From positions 36,952,001-37,016,000 of the forward strand of contig OZ024746.1 of the NCBI GenBank assembly GCA_964016885.1: a stretch of 64,000 bases of DNA, given 5' to 3'. The notes under the pieces were generated by a model. That model saw only the letters and a list, made by a program, of their open reading frames with translations, was not told the DNA's origin and searched no databases. This document shows, piece after piece, positions 1 to 13,581 of the stretch. How positions within the stretch are numbered: position 1 is the first letter of the stretch; each line of letters opens with the position of its first letter. Source of the DNA: Eledone cirrhosa. Lineage: Eukaryota. The position numbers and the translations under genes are program-made.

Positions 1-228
1 ACAAATGGGCATTTCTGCGTGTAAAAAAAAAACAGAGGTTGAAATAAAATAACAAAGAAAAATTCCCCAATAGGGGGGAGACTTCCAAGGGACATTTGTG
101 GAGAAAGCCCATTAAAAGACCACAGTGGCCCTGACCACCAGGGCAAGTGCCCTCTCCCCGTTTTCCACCTTTAATTTACAGACACATACTCAGAGAAGGC
201 CCATTCATTCGGGCCATACTTGCTTCTC

Positions 229-3200
229 TCACCCATCTTTCAACAAAATGCTGGGAAGAGAGCACTCCCTCTCTACCCTGACTTTCCTTTTCAAATGAAA
301 TTTGAAAAAGTTAATCAGGGCATCACCGAAGAGGTAAGTGCTCGTCTTCAGCCCTTTCAAACGTGTCCACCATACTATCTCTTTCGCCATGGCCACCAGA
401 CAGATAAAAACTGCCTGCCCTTCCAGGCTAAAGGAAGGGGGCGGGGAAATCCTCACGATGGACTCAGCTGATAGCTGGATAGGTCCTACACGTGACAGCA
501 GGTGTTCGACATAAACCCACAAGTCAGCAATGCTCGGACACTGGACGAGTGCGTGCAGGACGGTTTCGTCGCCCTGCGCGCATCTCGGACATGCCCGGCT
601 GACGGCACCTCCATGCCTGTAGAGTTTATCCCGAACTGGCAAAGCTCCTCGGTAGCACTGCCAGGCCAGGGATTTCTGGAAGTTGTCCATAGGCCCCGGC
701 CCAAAAGTCCTTCCGAAGCGATTGGCTAGTTGATTTTCGTCGACGCCTAGAGTTTCTCCAAGTACGTCGTCGCTCTTCCCCTCCACTAATCCTCCTATAG
801 AACGCCAAGGTGGAGTTTCCACCGATCACATTGCCCGATTGGTCGAGGGCTGTGAGCGCCTGAAGACATTCCAGTCTCCAAGCGCTCCCTCTCGGTCTTC
901 GCTTGACCCAGGACTGCAGCTCCGTCAAGGAGACGAGCTGGGGAAAAACGTGTCTTGCAAACGGCGACCACACCTGATCACCGTCGAGGAAGAGGTGGAG
1001 ATGTCGTAGCCTGAGCGCGTGTCTGCGCATCATCAGCCACGGCATGCCCAGCCCTCCACGTAGCGGGTGTTGACAGCAGATGGACCGCCTGACCATCGGA
1101 GCGCGTCCCTTCCACAAGAAGCGAAAGAGCAAACGCTCCAACGCAGTCAGGCGGGGCTTAGGACAAGGTACGACGGTCAGGCGGTAGTAGATGACGGATG
1201 CGATGTACGCATTCGCCACCTCCGCTCGACCTTTCAGGGATAGCTTCCTCTCGGCCCATTTCTGGGTGAGAGAAGCCACCCTGCTCGTCACCTCGTCCCA
1301 GTTTTTGTCCGTCTGGAGGTCTGGACCGAACCAGACCCCTAGCAATTTAACCGGTCCGTCCGTCCAGCGCCCGACGACGCTGTTGGACGGCATGGACCTG
1401 CCTCTCCAGGTGCCGAGCTGCAGGCCCACTGACTTTTCCTGGTTGATCATTGCTCCTGTCACCGCTTCGTATTCTCTTAGTGTAGTGCCGATCGCCTCGA
1501 TGTGTTTGGCGTTCGACACCACTACGGTGACATCGTCGGCATATGCTGACACGGATCTTCCGCATCCTAGTTCGCGCGGGACCCCCCTCAACGTCTCCAG
1601 TTTGTGCAGTAATGGCTCGAGAGTCAATACGTACAATAGGGACGAGAGGGGACATCCTTGGCGGACCGAGCGCATGATGTTGAACGGTTCCGAAAGGTGA
1701 ACGTTCACTCTCACTACAGAGCAGATGTCGCTGTGCATGGCAGCGATCCAGCCTCTGAAGACGGGCCCAAAGCCAGCCGCCCTCAGGACTGCCGCTAGGT
1801 AACGATGGTCGACCCTATCGAAGGCTTTCGACTGATCTAAATTGATCAAAGACCCACCCGTGCCAGGTTCCCTAGCTACCCTCTCTACGATGTATCGCAT
1901 GAGGTGGAGATTGTCGTGGATGGATCTGTCGGGAATGGCGCATGTCTGTGCCTCTCCCACCAGACCACCAACGACAAGCGCCAACCTCTTTGCTAGCACC
2001 TTGGCCAAAATCTTGAACTCTGTGTTTAGCAGAGTTATGGGCCTAAAATTATCTATGTTATCCCCCTTGTTCGGATCCTTTCTCAGCAGCGCCACCGCTC
2101 CTCGGCTCACAGAGCTGGGAATTCTCCCGTTCTGTTGCCAGTTTCAGTAGACGTCTGCCAAGAGGCCTCCGAACAAGTTTGGCATTTGTACGTAAAGTTC
2201 ATAGGGCAGACCATCCAAACCAGTCGATTTACCCCTTGTGCAACTAGTCATTGCATCCCGTACTTCAGCGGTTGTTATCGGCTTTTCGCAACACTCCGCC
2301 TCAGTGGCCGAAAGCCGCGGCAGTCCGTCGAGGTAGACACTAAAGTCCATCCCTCGATCCGGCCCGCCGCTGCCCCCGAACAGTTGAGCGAAGTGTCGCT
2401 GAAAAGCTTCACACATTTGCCCGGGATCGAGTAGCATGCGCCCGTCGTGGTCCACCAAAGACCGGATCGTGGCTTTGTTGCCACGACGCGCCTCCGCCAC
2501 TCGGGCCCATTGAACGGCTTTCGTCCCCTCGTGTCTGAGAGCACGCACCCTAGCTCTGACAACGCAGCCTTCGTGCTTTGCATTGAAGAATTGGTCAAGG
2601 GCCAATTTCGCCGCAAGTACGTCGTCGCGATGCCTTTGCTAAGCGCCTCATCTAATTTTCTAACTAATTCTCCCTCTGCTCTATTTTTCTCTATTGCTAA
2701 AGTCTTACTAAATCTAATGGACTCTATTCTAATTGCTCTTTTCAGAGCAAACCACCACTTGTTGTTGACGATGGCCCCCGTCAACGCCCGCTTAACTAGT
2801 TCGCTAATCCGGTCTCTGTAGGCCTTGCGCGCTGGTAAGGACGCGTTTAACTTCCAGTAGCCGGGTCCTCGTCTATGAAACCTATCTAAGTCAAGCACAC
2901 AGATCACGAATTTGTGGTCCGTGTAGCTTACTATCTTGAATTGTGGACAGCCTATGCTAGACCTATCTATTTCCCTACAAAATACTCTATCTAGATATGA
3001 TCTGGATGACCCTATGCGATTTGTCCAATTCCACTTTGGTACATTCGGGAAATCCATTCGGTACCTGTCAGACAGTTCAAAACGTCTGAGCAGGTTGGTG
3101 AGACTCTTGCACCCTCCTTCCCTATCCACTAATCCCACACAATCCCAGCGTGCATCTAAGATCCCGTTCCAGTCGCCCACTAACACTAAAGAGCGGGACG

Positions 3201-3594
3201 TTCCAAGAAAGGTCTCCAGACGCCGGAAGAAATCAGGCCGCCCTGCTCCTGTCGGGGCATAGACGGCCACTAACCTGAAAGCTTGCCCGTCTCCGCTGGT
3301 CACGTCCAGCACCACCAACTTACCTTCTGGGTCCAGGAAGATGGCCCGTATGGCAAGATCCAAACCTCTCCGAAAAAGCACAGCAACTCCTCCCCCCGAT
3401 CCCGGACGGCTGGGAGATGCGTACACATCGTAGCCGCCGAAGATCGGTGCGAAAGCCTGTGCTTCGGAGATTCTGGTCTCGCTGATGGCCACTACATCTA
3501 TGTTTAGTGACCTGAGGTCGTTGAGCAGGTGGCCCTGCTTCCATGACGACCCCAAGCCACGCGCATTTATGCTGCCTATTCTGAGTGAGGTCAT
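229..3594 (-). pseudogene. Tx1 ORF2 (APE endonuclease - reverse transcriptase - CCHC), broken by about 3 frameshifts
   Basis: APE motifs SINARGL, VAISET, VGDWN, YLDRVF, YTDH (2275-3594); RT motifs FRPITLLN, DQSKAFDRV, QGCPLS, YADD (626-2110); C-terminal CPRC..ETVLHALVQC (229-822). Confidence 0.9.
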
Positions 3595-3628
3595 GTTGAA
3601 AAGGAGTGGAAAAGATGGGAAAGACCAC

Positions 3629-5614
3629 TTACCTTACTTCTCGTAGGGGAAGGACGGTTTTTCCATCCTTTTCACTGCTTGTGGCCTCCTCAGGAAGGAT
3701 GTCCTTATAAATCCTCCTGGAGAGTGCTTGTCGGAAGTCTACGATGTCTTTGGGGAATTTTTGTTTTAGTGTCATGTACGTTTTCTGTGTGATGCGAGTG
3801 ATTTGTATGTGTGGAGGTGGTGTGAATTTTGGGGTTGTTGTGTAGTCTTTTTCTGAGATGCTGGTGTTGTGTTGGATGTAGTGCAATTATTGCTTCTTGT
3901 TCAAATTTAATGCTGTGTAGTGTGTATCGTTTTGGTTGTTTTGTTTTGTTTGCGTTTGTTGTGGGTTTGTTTCTGTTTCGCATTTTGGTGACTTTTGTGG
4001 TGTAGGTGATGGTGGTGTTGGAGTTAATGATGGTGATGGTGTTGGTGTTTGGGTTGATGGGGTTGGTGATGCTGGTGTGGATGGTGGCATATCTGTCCTA
4101 ACTTTTTTGTTTCTTAGTTTATTTGTTTCCCTCTGTATTTTGTTTTTGGAAGGGGGAAGGAAGAGAATTTTTCTTTTTTGGTTTCTTTTTTTTTTCCGGA
4201 TATCGTTTCCCACTCCTCGTCGTCACAATCTGTCTCCAGTTGTGATAGGCCGGGGAGTGGAAAATCCTCCACAGCCGTTAGTTTTGGTTGTGGTGTGGTG
4301 GATGGTGTAGGCGCTGGTGCTAGTTCTGAAGCGTTGGGTGGTGGTGGTGCTGGTTTTGCTGGTGGTGGTAGTGGTGTTTGTTTTGCTACTGTTGCTGGGG
4401 TTGTTGCTGTTATAGTTGCTTCTGTTGTTGCTGCTACAGTTGTTGCTGGCATCTCTGCTACTGGTGGTGTTGATGGTTGTGTCACTGGGGTGGGTAGGAG
4501 AGGTGGCCTCAACCTTTTAGCCTGAGGGCAGAAAGCCCTTAGGTGGGTTCCTTCACCACAAACGACACACCTAGGTCTTCTGCCCTCGACAATTACCGTG
4601 AGGTGGCTGCCGTCAGTGAGGTCTATTACCTCTGGGATCTCCTCAATGCTTTTTTGGTCCGCTTGGATCAGGAGCTCCATCCCAGATCCGGACCAGTTTT
4701 CCTGCTTTTCTTTTGCTATTGTTATTATTTTCGTGTTGGCCTCGATGCCGGCGATGACAGCCGCTATTAGCCAGGGAATTTCGATGGCCGGTGGAACGTG
4801 GGTCACCCTGATCTTTACGAGTCTCTGGCCACAATAGCTTGGGACGAGTGTGAGGTCGTCACTTTTTAATGGGGCCATGGAGTGTTCTCTAGCCTCCTCT
4901 GGTGTTTCAAAGAACACATCCACGGTTCCATACTTTTGCCCACGTCTGATGTGGGTTTTTCTTGCCCACACATGTCCCAAAGCTTTTTGGATTTGGGACT
5001 CGGATGCCCGTTCCACTCGGCGCGATTTTACATTTATTGTTCTATACGACACGGTGCACAGGCGCCGATGCTCCATTTTATTAGGTGGGGGGGGTGAGGC
5101 TGACCCTGTACCCATCTTTCTTTACCATTTGTTTGGCATTTTCTAAATCTTCTTGAGTTACCGTGAACGCTTCGAATTGTTTTGCTACGATGGCGAAACT
5201 GAGGGTCGGTTTTATAATGTCATTGTTGTTGTTGTTGCTATCGTTAATATTAATTTTATTTTCAGTTATGGTGGTGGTGACGTCAGTCGTCTTTGGTGGG
5301 GAAGAGTCCATTTTGCTTGATTTCATTTCGACGTCACGAGTTAATTTATTTTTTTCTTCTTTTGTTTCTGTTGTCGCGGTGGTGGTGGTGGTGGTTGTTG
5401 TCGCGGTGGTGGTGGTGGTGGAGGGTTTAACACCTGCAGTCATTGGTAATGGCGGGAAATGAATGTCTGCCTGAGACAAATTTAAAATATTGCTACTGCT
5501 TATATTTTTTTTTGTGTTGGCAAACGTAGTAACATTTACAATGGTGGTGTCGGTGTGAGGTGTTATTTTGTGAGGAAGGCTTTCAGCTGCTTCGTGCAGA
5601 GGGGAATTAGCCAT
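3629..5614 (-). pseudogene. Tx1 ORF1 (gag-like, CX2CX4HX4C knuckle, Pro/Thr-rich), frameshifted at homopolymer runs
   Basis: CVVCGEGTHLRAFC in ORF 4114-5115. Successive ORFs 5614-5081, 5115-4114, 4213-3887 and 3886-3629 join near the G run (~5090) and T run (~4190). Confidence 0.75.
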
Positions 5615-5823
5615 TTTTTTTCAAAGAAATTTTTGGATAATAATAAAAGTTAAAATTTTGGGCACAAGGCCCCAATCTTTTTGGGTGTCCTTTTCGGAAA
5701 ACAATGTATGTGTGCTTATAAACAGTTTACAATAAAATTTTCCATAAATGGCAATTTTTAAACAAACGGAAATAACAAACCTTTGCGGAGCTCACGATAA
5801 TACGATTTCCTACGTAGGTCGCC

Positions 5824-5875
<52 letters not shown>
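5824..5875. repeat. (AAT)n microsatellite separating Tx1 copy 1 from the R4/Dong element
   Basis: Pure AAT repeat read directly. Confidence 0.95.
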
Positions 5876-5876
<1 letters not shown>

Positions 5877-7592
5877 GTATGGGGTCCTGGGAGACAGAGT
5901 TGACATCAACTGGAGTATCCTTGGGAAGCGTGAAGATCAAGAGAGGTATCTTCCAGGGAGATAGCCTGTCCCCTCTGTTGTTTGTCCTTGCCCTGATGCC
6001 CTTGACCATTATGCTGCAAAAAGTGAGAGCAGGATACAAGTTGGGAAGGGGAGAGCTTACCATCAATCACCTCCTCTTCATGGACGATCTTAAGCTCTTC
6101 GGGAAAAGTGAGAAGGAGTTGGATGTGCTTGTTGACACTGTCCGTATTTTCAGCAGTGATATATGTATGCAGTTTGGTATTGGTAAATGTGGAGTCATTG
6201 TGATGAGGAGGGGTAGGTTGAGCAGAAGTAACGGGATCCAGATACCAACAGGTGAGATGATAAAGGAAATTGACTCTGAGGAAGGATACAAGTATTTGGG
6301 CGTTCTGGAGGCTGATGGCATAAAGAACAAAAAAATGAAGGAATTGTTAAGAACTGAATACATTCGGAGAGTAAGGAGCGTATTGAAGTCACATCTGAAC
6401 AGCAGAAATGCCATAAGCGCAGTAAATTCCCGAGCTGTGTCTATTATTAGGTACAGTGCGGGAATTCTGAGATGGAATGTTGCTGAACAAAAAGAAATGG
6501 ATAGGAAGACTAGGAAGCTATTGACTATCTACAACATGTTCCACAAGAGGAGTGATGTCGATAGACTCTACCTAAGGAGATCTGAGGGTGGAAGAGGTCT
6601 TATCAGCATAGAGGACTGTGTTCAGATGGAGAAAAACAACCTATACAAATACGTGACCTATAGTAAGGAGCCAATGCTCAGAGCTGTACTGAAGGAGGGG
6701 ACAGTAGGCCAGGGGATACCCAAGGAGGAAATAACATCAAGGAGGAAGAGCAGCCTTAAGGGAAAATCCCTTCATAGTACCTTCTTTGAGAAAACTGAAT
6801 TTAGAGATCCACAGACATGGAACTGGTTGAGAAGAGGAGACCTCAAAAAGGCTACAGAAGGAATGCTAATGGCTGCGCAGGAGCAGGCCCTCAAAACGAA
6901 GTGGTTGAAGCACCATATCTACAAGGAGGAGGCTAGCCCACTGTGCAGGATCTGTGGAGAGAGAGAGGAGACTGTGGCTCACATTGTGTCCGAGTGTAAA
7001 CACCTAGCCCAGACCCACTATAAGGGCTGGAGACACGATGTGATGGGCAGGGTGATCCACTGGCACCTGTGCAAAGTAAACAATCTACCACATTCTGAGA
7101 AATGGTATGAGCATAGGCCAGAGGCGGTGATGGAGAACAGTCAGATGAAGGTGCTGTGGGATTTTAGGATACAGACGGACAAAAAACTGGAACACAATAG
7201 ACCTGACCTGGTGGTTGTGGACAAAGAAAAAAGATCGTGCCTGATTGTGGATGTGGCCTGCCCGTTCGACACGAGAGTGCAAGAGAAGGAGAGGGAGAAA
7301 ATTAACTGATACCAGGACCTAAAGTGGGAGGTGAAAAGGATTTGGAACTGCCATGAAGTCAAAGTGATCCCGATTGTCATAGGCGCACTGGGGACTATCT
7401 CCAAAGGTTTCCAGGGATGGTTAAAGAAAATCGGCCCCTTCACGCTTTTTGGGACGCTTCAAAAGGCATGCTTGCTTGGAACGGCAAGAACCCTCCGATA
7501 CGTCCTGAATATCTGAGGCTGCAGGTAGTGGCTTGATATTCAATCCAACGGACTTTCCAGTTAACCAACATCAATGACTGAGATTCAAGGAA
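5876..7592 (+). mobile_element. 5'-truncated R4/Dong-type non-LTR retrotransposon (RT plus restriction-like endonuclease) in (TAA)n
   Basis: GIFQGDSLSP and LFMDD RT motifs, CRICG..ETVAHIVSEC knuckle, RHD and RPDLVV..DVACP (PD-D/ExK). Flanked by AAT repeats, the established target type of Dong elements. Confidence 0.88.
5879..7516 (+). pseudogene. R4/Dong ORF 3' half with one in-frame TGA at 7307-7309
   Basis: ORFs 5879-7309 and 7331-7516 are in the same frame: KIN*YQDLKWEVKRIW...PIVIGALG. Confidence 0.85.
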
Positions 7593-7630
7593 TAACAATA
7601 ACAATAATAATAATAATAATAATAATAATA

Positions 7631-7817
7631 ATTGTTTCTACGTTAGGCACAAGGCCAGCAATTATGCAGTGCATTACTGGTACTTTATTTTATCGACCCC
7701 GTAAGGATGAAAGGCAAAGTCAACCTCGGCGGGATTTGAACTCAGATCGTAAAGGGACGTAACTATGCTGGAAAGCATGGCGTCCGACCCTCTACCGATA
7801 CTGCCAGTCCACCGCCC
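7631..7817 (-). mobile_element. tRNA-derived SINE (family S1), about 190 bp
   Basis: A-box-like TGGCAGTATCGGTAG, B-box GAGTTCAAATCC, body GCCTTTCATCCTTACGGGGTCGATAAAATAAAGTACCAG, tail GGCCTTGTGCC..GAAACAAT; flanked by (AAT)n; 7 copies in the window. Confidence 0.85.
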
Positions 7818-7850
<33 letters not shown>

Positions 7851-7852
<2 letters not shown>

Positions 7853-10800
7853 CTTTCTTTATAAACCATAAAAGTCTACATAAAGTAGACATTAAGGACA
7901 GTACAGGACAATACAGGACTGTACAAATGGGCATTTCTGAGTGTAAAAAAAACAGAGGATGTAATAAAAAATAACAATGACAAATTCCCCAATAGGGGGG
8001 AGACATCGGAGGGATATTTGTGGAGAAAGCCCATTAAAAAGCCACAGTGACCCTGACCACCAGGGCATGTGCCCTCTCCCAGTTTTCCACCTTTAATGTA
8101 CAGACACATACTCAGAGTAGGCCCATTCACTCGGTCCATTCTTGCCTCTCTCACCCATCTTTCAACAAAATGCTGGGAAGGGAGCACTTCCCTCTCTACC
8201 CAGATTTTCCTTTTCAAATGAAATTTGAAAAGGTTAATCAGGGCATCACCGAAGAATTAAGTGTTCATCTTCAGCCCTTTCAAACGTGTCCCCCATACTA
8301 TCTCTTTCGTCATGGCCACCAGACAGATAAACACTTCCTGCCCTTCCCGGCTAAAGGAAGAGGGCGGGACTATCCTCACGATGGACTCAGCTGATAGCTG
8401 GATCCGTCCTACACGCGACAGCAATTTTCGGACACTGGACGAGTGCGTGCAGAACGGTTTCGTCGCCCTGCGCGCATCTCGGACATGGCACGCTGACGGC
8501 ACCTGCATGCCTCTAGAGTTTATATCGAACTGGCAAAGCTCCTCGGTAGCACTGCCAGGCCAGGGATTTCTGGAAGTTGTCCATAGGCCCCGACTCGAAT
8601 GTTCTTCCGAAGAGATTGGTTAGTTGATTTTCGTCGACACCTAGACTTTCCCCAAGTACGTCGTCGCTCTTCCCCTCCACTAATCCTCTATAGAACGCCA
8701 AGGTGGAGTTTCCACCGATCACATTGCCCGATTGGTCGGGGCTGTGAGCGTCTGAAGACATTCCTGTCTCCAAGCGCTACCTCTCGGTCTTCGCTTGACC
8801 CAGGACTGCAGCTCCGTCAAGGAGACGAGTTGGGGAAAGACGCGTCTAGCAAACGGCGACCACACCTGATCACCGTCGAGGAAGAGGTGGAGATGTGGTA
8901 GCCTGAGCGCGTGTCTGCGCATCATCAGCCACGGCATGCCCAGCCCTCCACGTAGCGAGTGTTGACAGCAGATGGACTGCCGGACCATCGGAGCGCGTCC
9001 CTTCCACAAAAAGCGAAAGAGCAAACGCTCCAGCGCAGTCAAGCGGGGCTTAGGACAAGGTACGACTGTCAGGCGGTAGTAGATGACGGACGCGATATAC
9101 GCGTTAGCCACCTCCGCTCGACGTTTCAGGGCTATCTTCCTCTCCGTCCATTTATGGGTGAGAGAAGCCACCCTACTCATCACCTCGTCCCAGTTTTTGT
9201 CCGTCTGGAGGTGCGGACCGAACCAGACCCCGAGCAATTTAACCGGTCCGTCCGTCCAGCGCCCGACGACGCTGTTGGACGTCATGGACCTGCCTCTGCA
9301 GTTGCTGAGCTGCAGCCCCACTGACTTTTCCTGGTTGATCATTGCTTCTGTCACCGTTTCGTTATCTCTTAGTGTAGTGCCGATCGCCTCGATGTGTTTG
9401 GCGTTCGACACCACTGCGGTGACATCGTCTGCACTTGCTAACACGGATCTTCCGCATCCTAGTGTCGCGCAGGACCCCCCTCAACTTCTCCAGTTTGAGC
9501 AGTACTAGCTCGATAGTCAATATGTACAAGAGGGACGAGAGGGGATATACTTGGCGGACCGAGCGCATGATGTTGAACGGTTCCGAAAGATGACCGTTCA
9601 CTCTCACCCGAGAGCAGATGTCGCTGTGCATGGCAGTGATCCAGCCTCTGAAGACGGGCTCAAAGCCAGCCGCCCTCAGGACTGCCGCTAGGTAGCGATG
9701 GTCGATCCTATCGATAGTTTTCGACTGATCTAAATTGATCAAGGACCCACCCGTGCCAGGTTCTCTAACTACCCTCTCTACGATGTATCGCATGAGGTGG
9801 AGGTTGTTGTGGATGGATCTGTCGGGAATGGCGCATGTCTGCGCCTCTCCCACCAGACCACCAACGACAAGCGCCAACCTCTTTGTTAGCACCTTGGCCA
9901 AAATCTTGACCTCTGTGTTTAGTAGAGTTATGGGCTTAACATTATCTATGTTATCCCCCTTGTTCGGATCCTTTCTCAGCAGCGTCACAGCTCCTCGGCT
10001 CCTAGAGCTGGACATTCTCCCGTTCTGTTGCCAGTTGCAGTAGACGTCCGCCAAGAGGCCTCCGAACAATTCGGGCATCTGTACGTAAACTTCATAGGGC
10101 AGACATCCAAACCAGGCGATTTACCACTTGTGCAGCCAGTCATTGCCTCCCGTACTTCAGCGGCTGTTATCGGCTTTTCGCAACTCCGCCTCAGTGGCCG
10201 AGAGCCGCGGCAGTCCGTCGAGGTAGACACTAATGTCCATCCCTCGATCTGGCCCGCCGCTGCTCCCGAACAGCTGTGCGAAGTGTCGCTGAAAAGCTTC
10301 ACACATTTTCCCGGGATCGAGTAGCATGCGCCCGTCGTGATCCACCAAAGACCGGATCGTGACTTTGTTGCGCGTCCGTTACTCGAGCCCATTGAACGGC
10401 TTTCGTCCCCTCGTGTCTGAGAGCACGCACCTTAGCTCTGACAACGCAGCCTTCGTGCTTTGCATTGAAGAATATGTCAAGGGCCAATTTCGCCGCAAGT
10501 ACGGCGGTCGCGATGCCTTTGCTAAGCGCCTCCTCAACATTTCTAACTAGTTATCCCTCTGCTCTAATTTTCTCTATAGCCTTACTAAACCTAACGGACT
10601 CTATTCTAATCGCTCTTTTCAGAGGAAACCACCACTTGTTGTTGACGATGGCTCCCGTCAACGCCCGCTTAACTAGTTCGCTAATCCGGTCTCTGTAGGA
10701 CATGCGCGCTGGTAAAGACGCTTTTAGCTTCCAGTAGCCGGGTCCTCGTCTATGAAGCCTATCTAAATCAAACACACAGATCATGAATTTGTGGTCCGTG

Positions 10801-13581
10801 TAGCTGACTATCTTCAATTGTGGACAGCCTATCTATTTCCCTACAAAATACTATATCTAGATATGATCTGGATGACCCTATGCGATTTGTCCAAATCCAC
10901 ATTGGCACATTTGGGACATCCAATCGGTACCTGTCAGACAGTTCAAAATGCCTGAGCAGGTTGGGGAGGCTCTTACACCCTCCTCCCCTATCTGCTAATC
11001 CCACACAGTCCCAGCGTGCATCTAAGATTCCCTTCTAGACGCTAAATAACATTAAAGAGCGGGACGTTCCAAGAAAGGTCTCCAGACGCCGTTAGAAATC
11101 AGGCCGCCCTGCACCTGTCGGGTAATAGACGGCCACTAGCCTGAAAGCTTGCCCGTCTCCGCTGATCACGTCCAGCACCTACAACTTACCCTGTGGTTCC
11201 AGGAAGATGGCCTGTATGGCGAGACCCAAACCTCTCCGAAAAAGCACAGCAACTCCCCACCCCTATCCAGGACGGCTGGTAGATGCGTACACATCGTAGC
11301 CGCCGAAGATCGGTGCGAAGGCCCGTGCTTCGGAGATTCTGGTCTCGCTGATGGCCACTACATCTATGTTTAGTGACCTGAGGTCGTTAAGCAGGTGGCC
11401 CTGCTTCCATGACGACCCCAAGCCACGCGCATTTATGCTGCCTATTCCGAGTGAGATCATGTTGAAATGGAGTGGAAAGATGGGAAAGAACACTTACCTT
11501 ACTTCTCGTAGAGGAGGTATGGTTTATTGTGGCCTCCTCCGGAAGGATGTCCTTATAAATCCTCCTGGAGAGTGCTTGTCGGAAGTCTTCGATGTCTTTG
11601 GGGAATTTTGGTTTTAGTGTCGTGTACGTATTCTGTGTGATGCGAATGATTTGTATGTGTGTAGGTGGTTTGAACTTTTGGGTTGTTGTGTAGTCTTTTT
11701 CTGTGATGCTGGTGTTGGGTTGGATATAGTGTAATATTTTTTTGTTTAATGCTGTGGTCGCTATCGTTTTGGTTGTTTTGTTTTGTTTGTGTTTGTTGTG
11801 GGTTTTGTTTCTGTTTCGCTTTTTGGTGACTTTTGTGGTGTTGGTGATGGTAGTGTTGGGGTTAATGATGGTGATGGGGTTGGTGATGCTTGTGTGGATG
11901 GTGGCATATCTGTCCTAACTTTTTTATTTGATAGTTTATTTGTTTCCCTCTGTATTTTGTTTTTGGAGGGGGAAGGAAAATGATTTTTTTCGTTCTTGGC
12001 GTCTTTTTCTTTTTTTCTTTTTTTCTTTTTTCCTGATACCGTTTCCCACTCCTCGTCGTCACAATCTGTCTCCAGTTGCGATAGGTCAGGGAGTGGAGAA
12101 TCCTCCACAGGCGTTGGTTTTGGTTGTGGCGTAGTGGATGGTGTAGGCGCTGGTGCTAGTTCTGGCGCGTTGGGTAGTGGTGGTGTTGATTTTGCTACTG
12201 TTGCTGGGTTTGTTGCCGTTACAGTTGCTTCCGTTGTTGCTGCTACAGTTGTTGCTGCCATTTCTGCTGCTGGTGGTTTGATGGTTGAATCACTGTGGTG
12301 GGTAAGAGAGGTGGACTCAACATTTTAGCCTGAGGGCAGACAGCCCTTAGGTGGGTTCCTTCACCACAAACGACACACCTAGGCCTTCTGCCCTCGACGA
12401 TTACGGTGAGGTGGCTGCCGTCAGTGAGGTCTATTACAGCTGGGATCTCCTAAATGCTTTTTTGGTCCGCTTGGATCAGGAGCTCCATCCCAGATCCGGA
12501 CCAGTTATCCTGATTTTCTTTCGCTATTTCGATTATCTTAGTATTGGCTTCGATGCCGGCGAGCACGCCAGCCAGGGAATTTCGATGGCCGGTGGAACGT
12601 GGGTCACCCTGATCTTCACGAGTCTATGGCCAAAATAGCTTGGAACGAGTGTGAAGTCGTCACTTCTTAATGGGGCCATCTAGTGTTCCCTGGCCTCCTG
12701 TGGTGTTCCAAATAACACGTCCACGGTTCCATATTTCTGCCCACGTCTGATGTGGGTTTTTGTGCTCACACATGTCCCAAAGCTTTTTGGATTTGGGACT
12801 CGGATGCTCGTTCCACTCGGCGCGATTTCATGTTAATCGACCGATAAGACACGGTGCATAGGCGATGCTCCAGTTTATTAGGTGTTGGGGGGGGGTTACC
12901 CTGTACCAATATTTGTTTACCATTCTCTTGGCTTCATCTAATTCCTCCTGAGTTACCTGGATTGATTCGCACTTTTTTGCTACTCTGGCCAAAGACAGGG
13001 TAGTTTTCTTATTCTCATTGTTGTTATTGCTGTTGTTGTTATCGTTATTTTTGTTATTGTTATTTTCAGTTTCAGTTGTGGTAGTAGTGGCGTCAGTTGT
13101 GTTCGGTATGGAAGAGTCGATTTGGGTGAATCCATTTCGATGTCACGAGATAATTTTTTTCTTTTGTTTCTGTTGTCGCTGTGGTGGTGGTGGGGGTGGC
13201 GGCTTCAACAAATGCAGTCATTGGTAATGCGGGAAATGAATGTCTGCATGAGACAAATTTAAATTATTGCTACTGCTTATATTTTTAGTGTATTAGTAAT
13301 GTTTACAATAGTGGTGTCGGTGTGAGGTGTTTAGTTTGTGAGGAAGGTGTGACTGTAAGTTGTCCATGATTGTTTTCAAAGAAATGTTTGTTTCATAATT
13401 ATAAAAGTTTAAATTTTGGGCTCAAGACCCCAATCCTTTTGAGTGTCCTTTTCAGAAAACAATGTATGTGCACTCATATACAGTTACCAATAAACATTTT
13501 CCATAAATGGCAATTTTAAACAACTGAAAACAACAAACCTTTGCGGAGCTTACGATAATACGATTTCCTACGTAGGTCGCC
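7851..13581 (-). mobile_element. Tx1-clade LINE, copy 2; full length but more decayed
   Basis: Colinear with copy 1 across ORF1 and ORF2; same 5' terminus at 13581; 3' end joins (AAT)n at 7818-7850; many stops and frameshifts. Confidence 0.9.

Larger units (their letters stand above)
1..5823 (-). mobile_element. Tx1-clade (L1 group) non-LTR retrotransposon, copy 1; near full length, 3' end runs off the window start
   Basis: ORF1 with CCHC knuckle plus ORF2 with APE, RT and C-terminal CCHC. The 5' end (GGCGACCTACGTAGG) abuts (AAT)n. Colinear with the copy at 7851-13581. Confidence 0.9.

Noticed and set aside
5740-5823. HDV-like ribozyme at the Tx1 5' end (GGCGACC start, CCTACGTAGG palindrome)
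   Set aside because: No P1 complement or nested pseudoknot could be traced.
7307-7309. Selenocysteine or readthrough at the single TGA in the Dong ORF (also PLE-A TGA at 46507)
   Set aside because: Not Cys positions. The Dong codon fits a basic residue (CGA/AGA to TGA), and the PLE-A homolog at ~57397 has CAA.
220-13227. Plus-strand ORFs over the Tx1 copies and minus-strand ORFs over the Dong element
   Set aside because: Antisense shadows of GC-rich retroelement coding sequence with no independent motifs.
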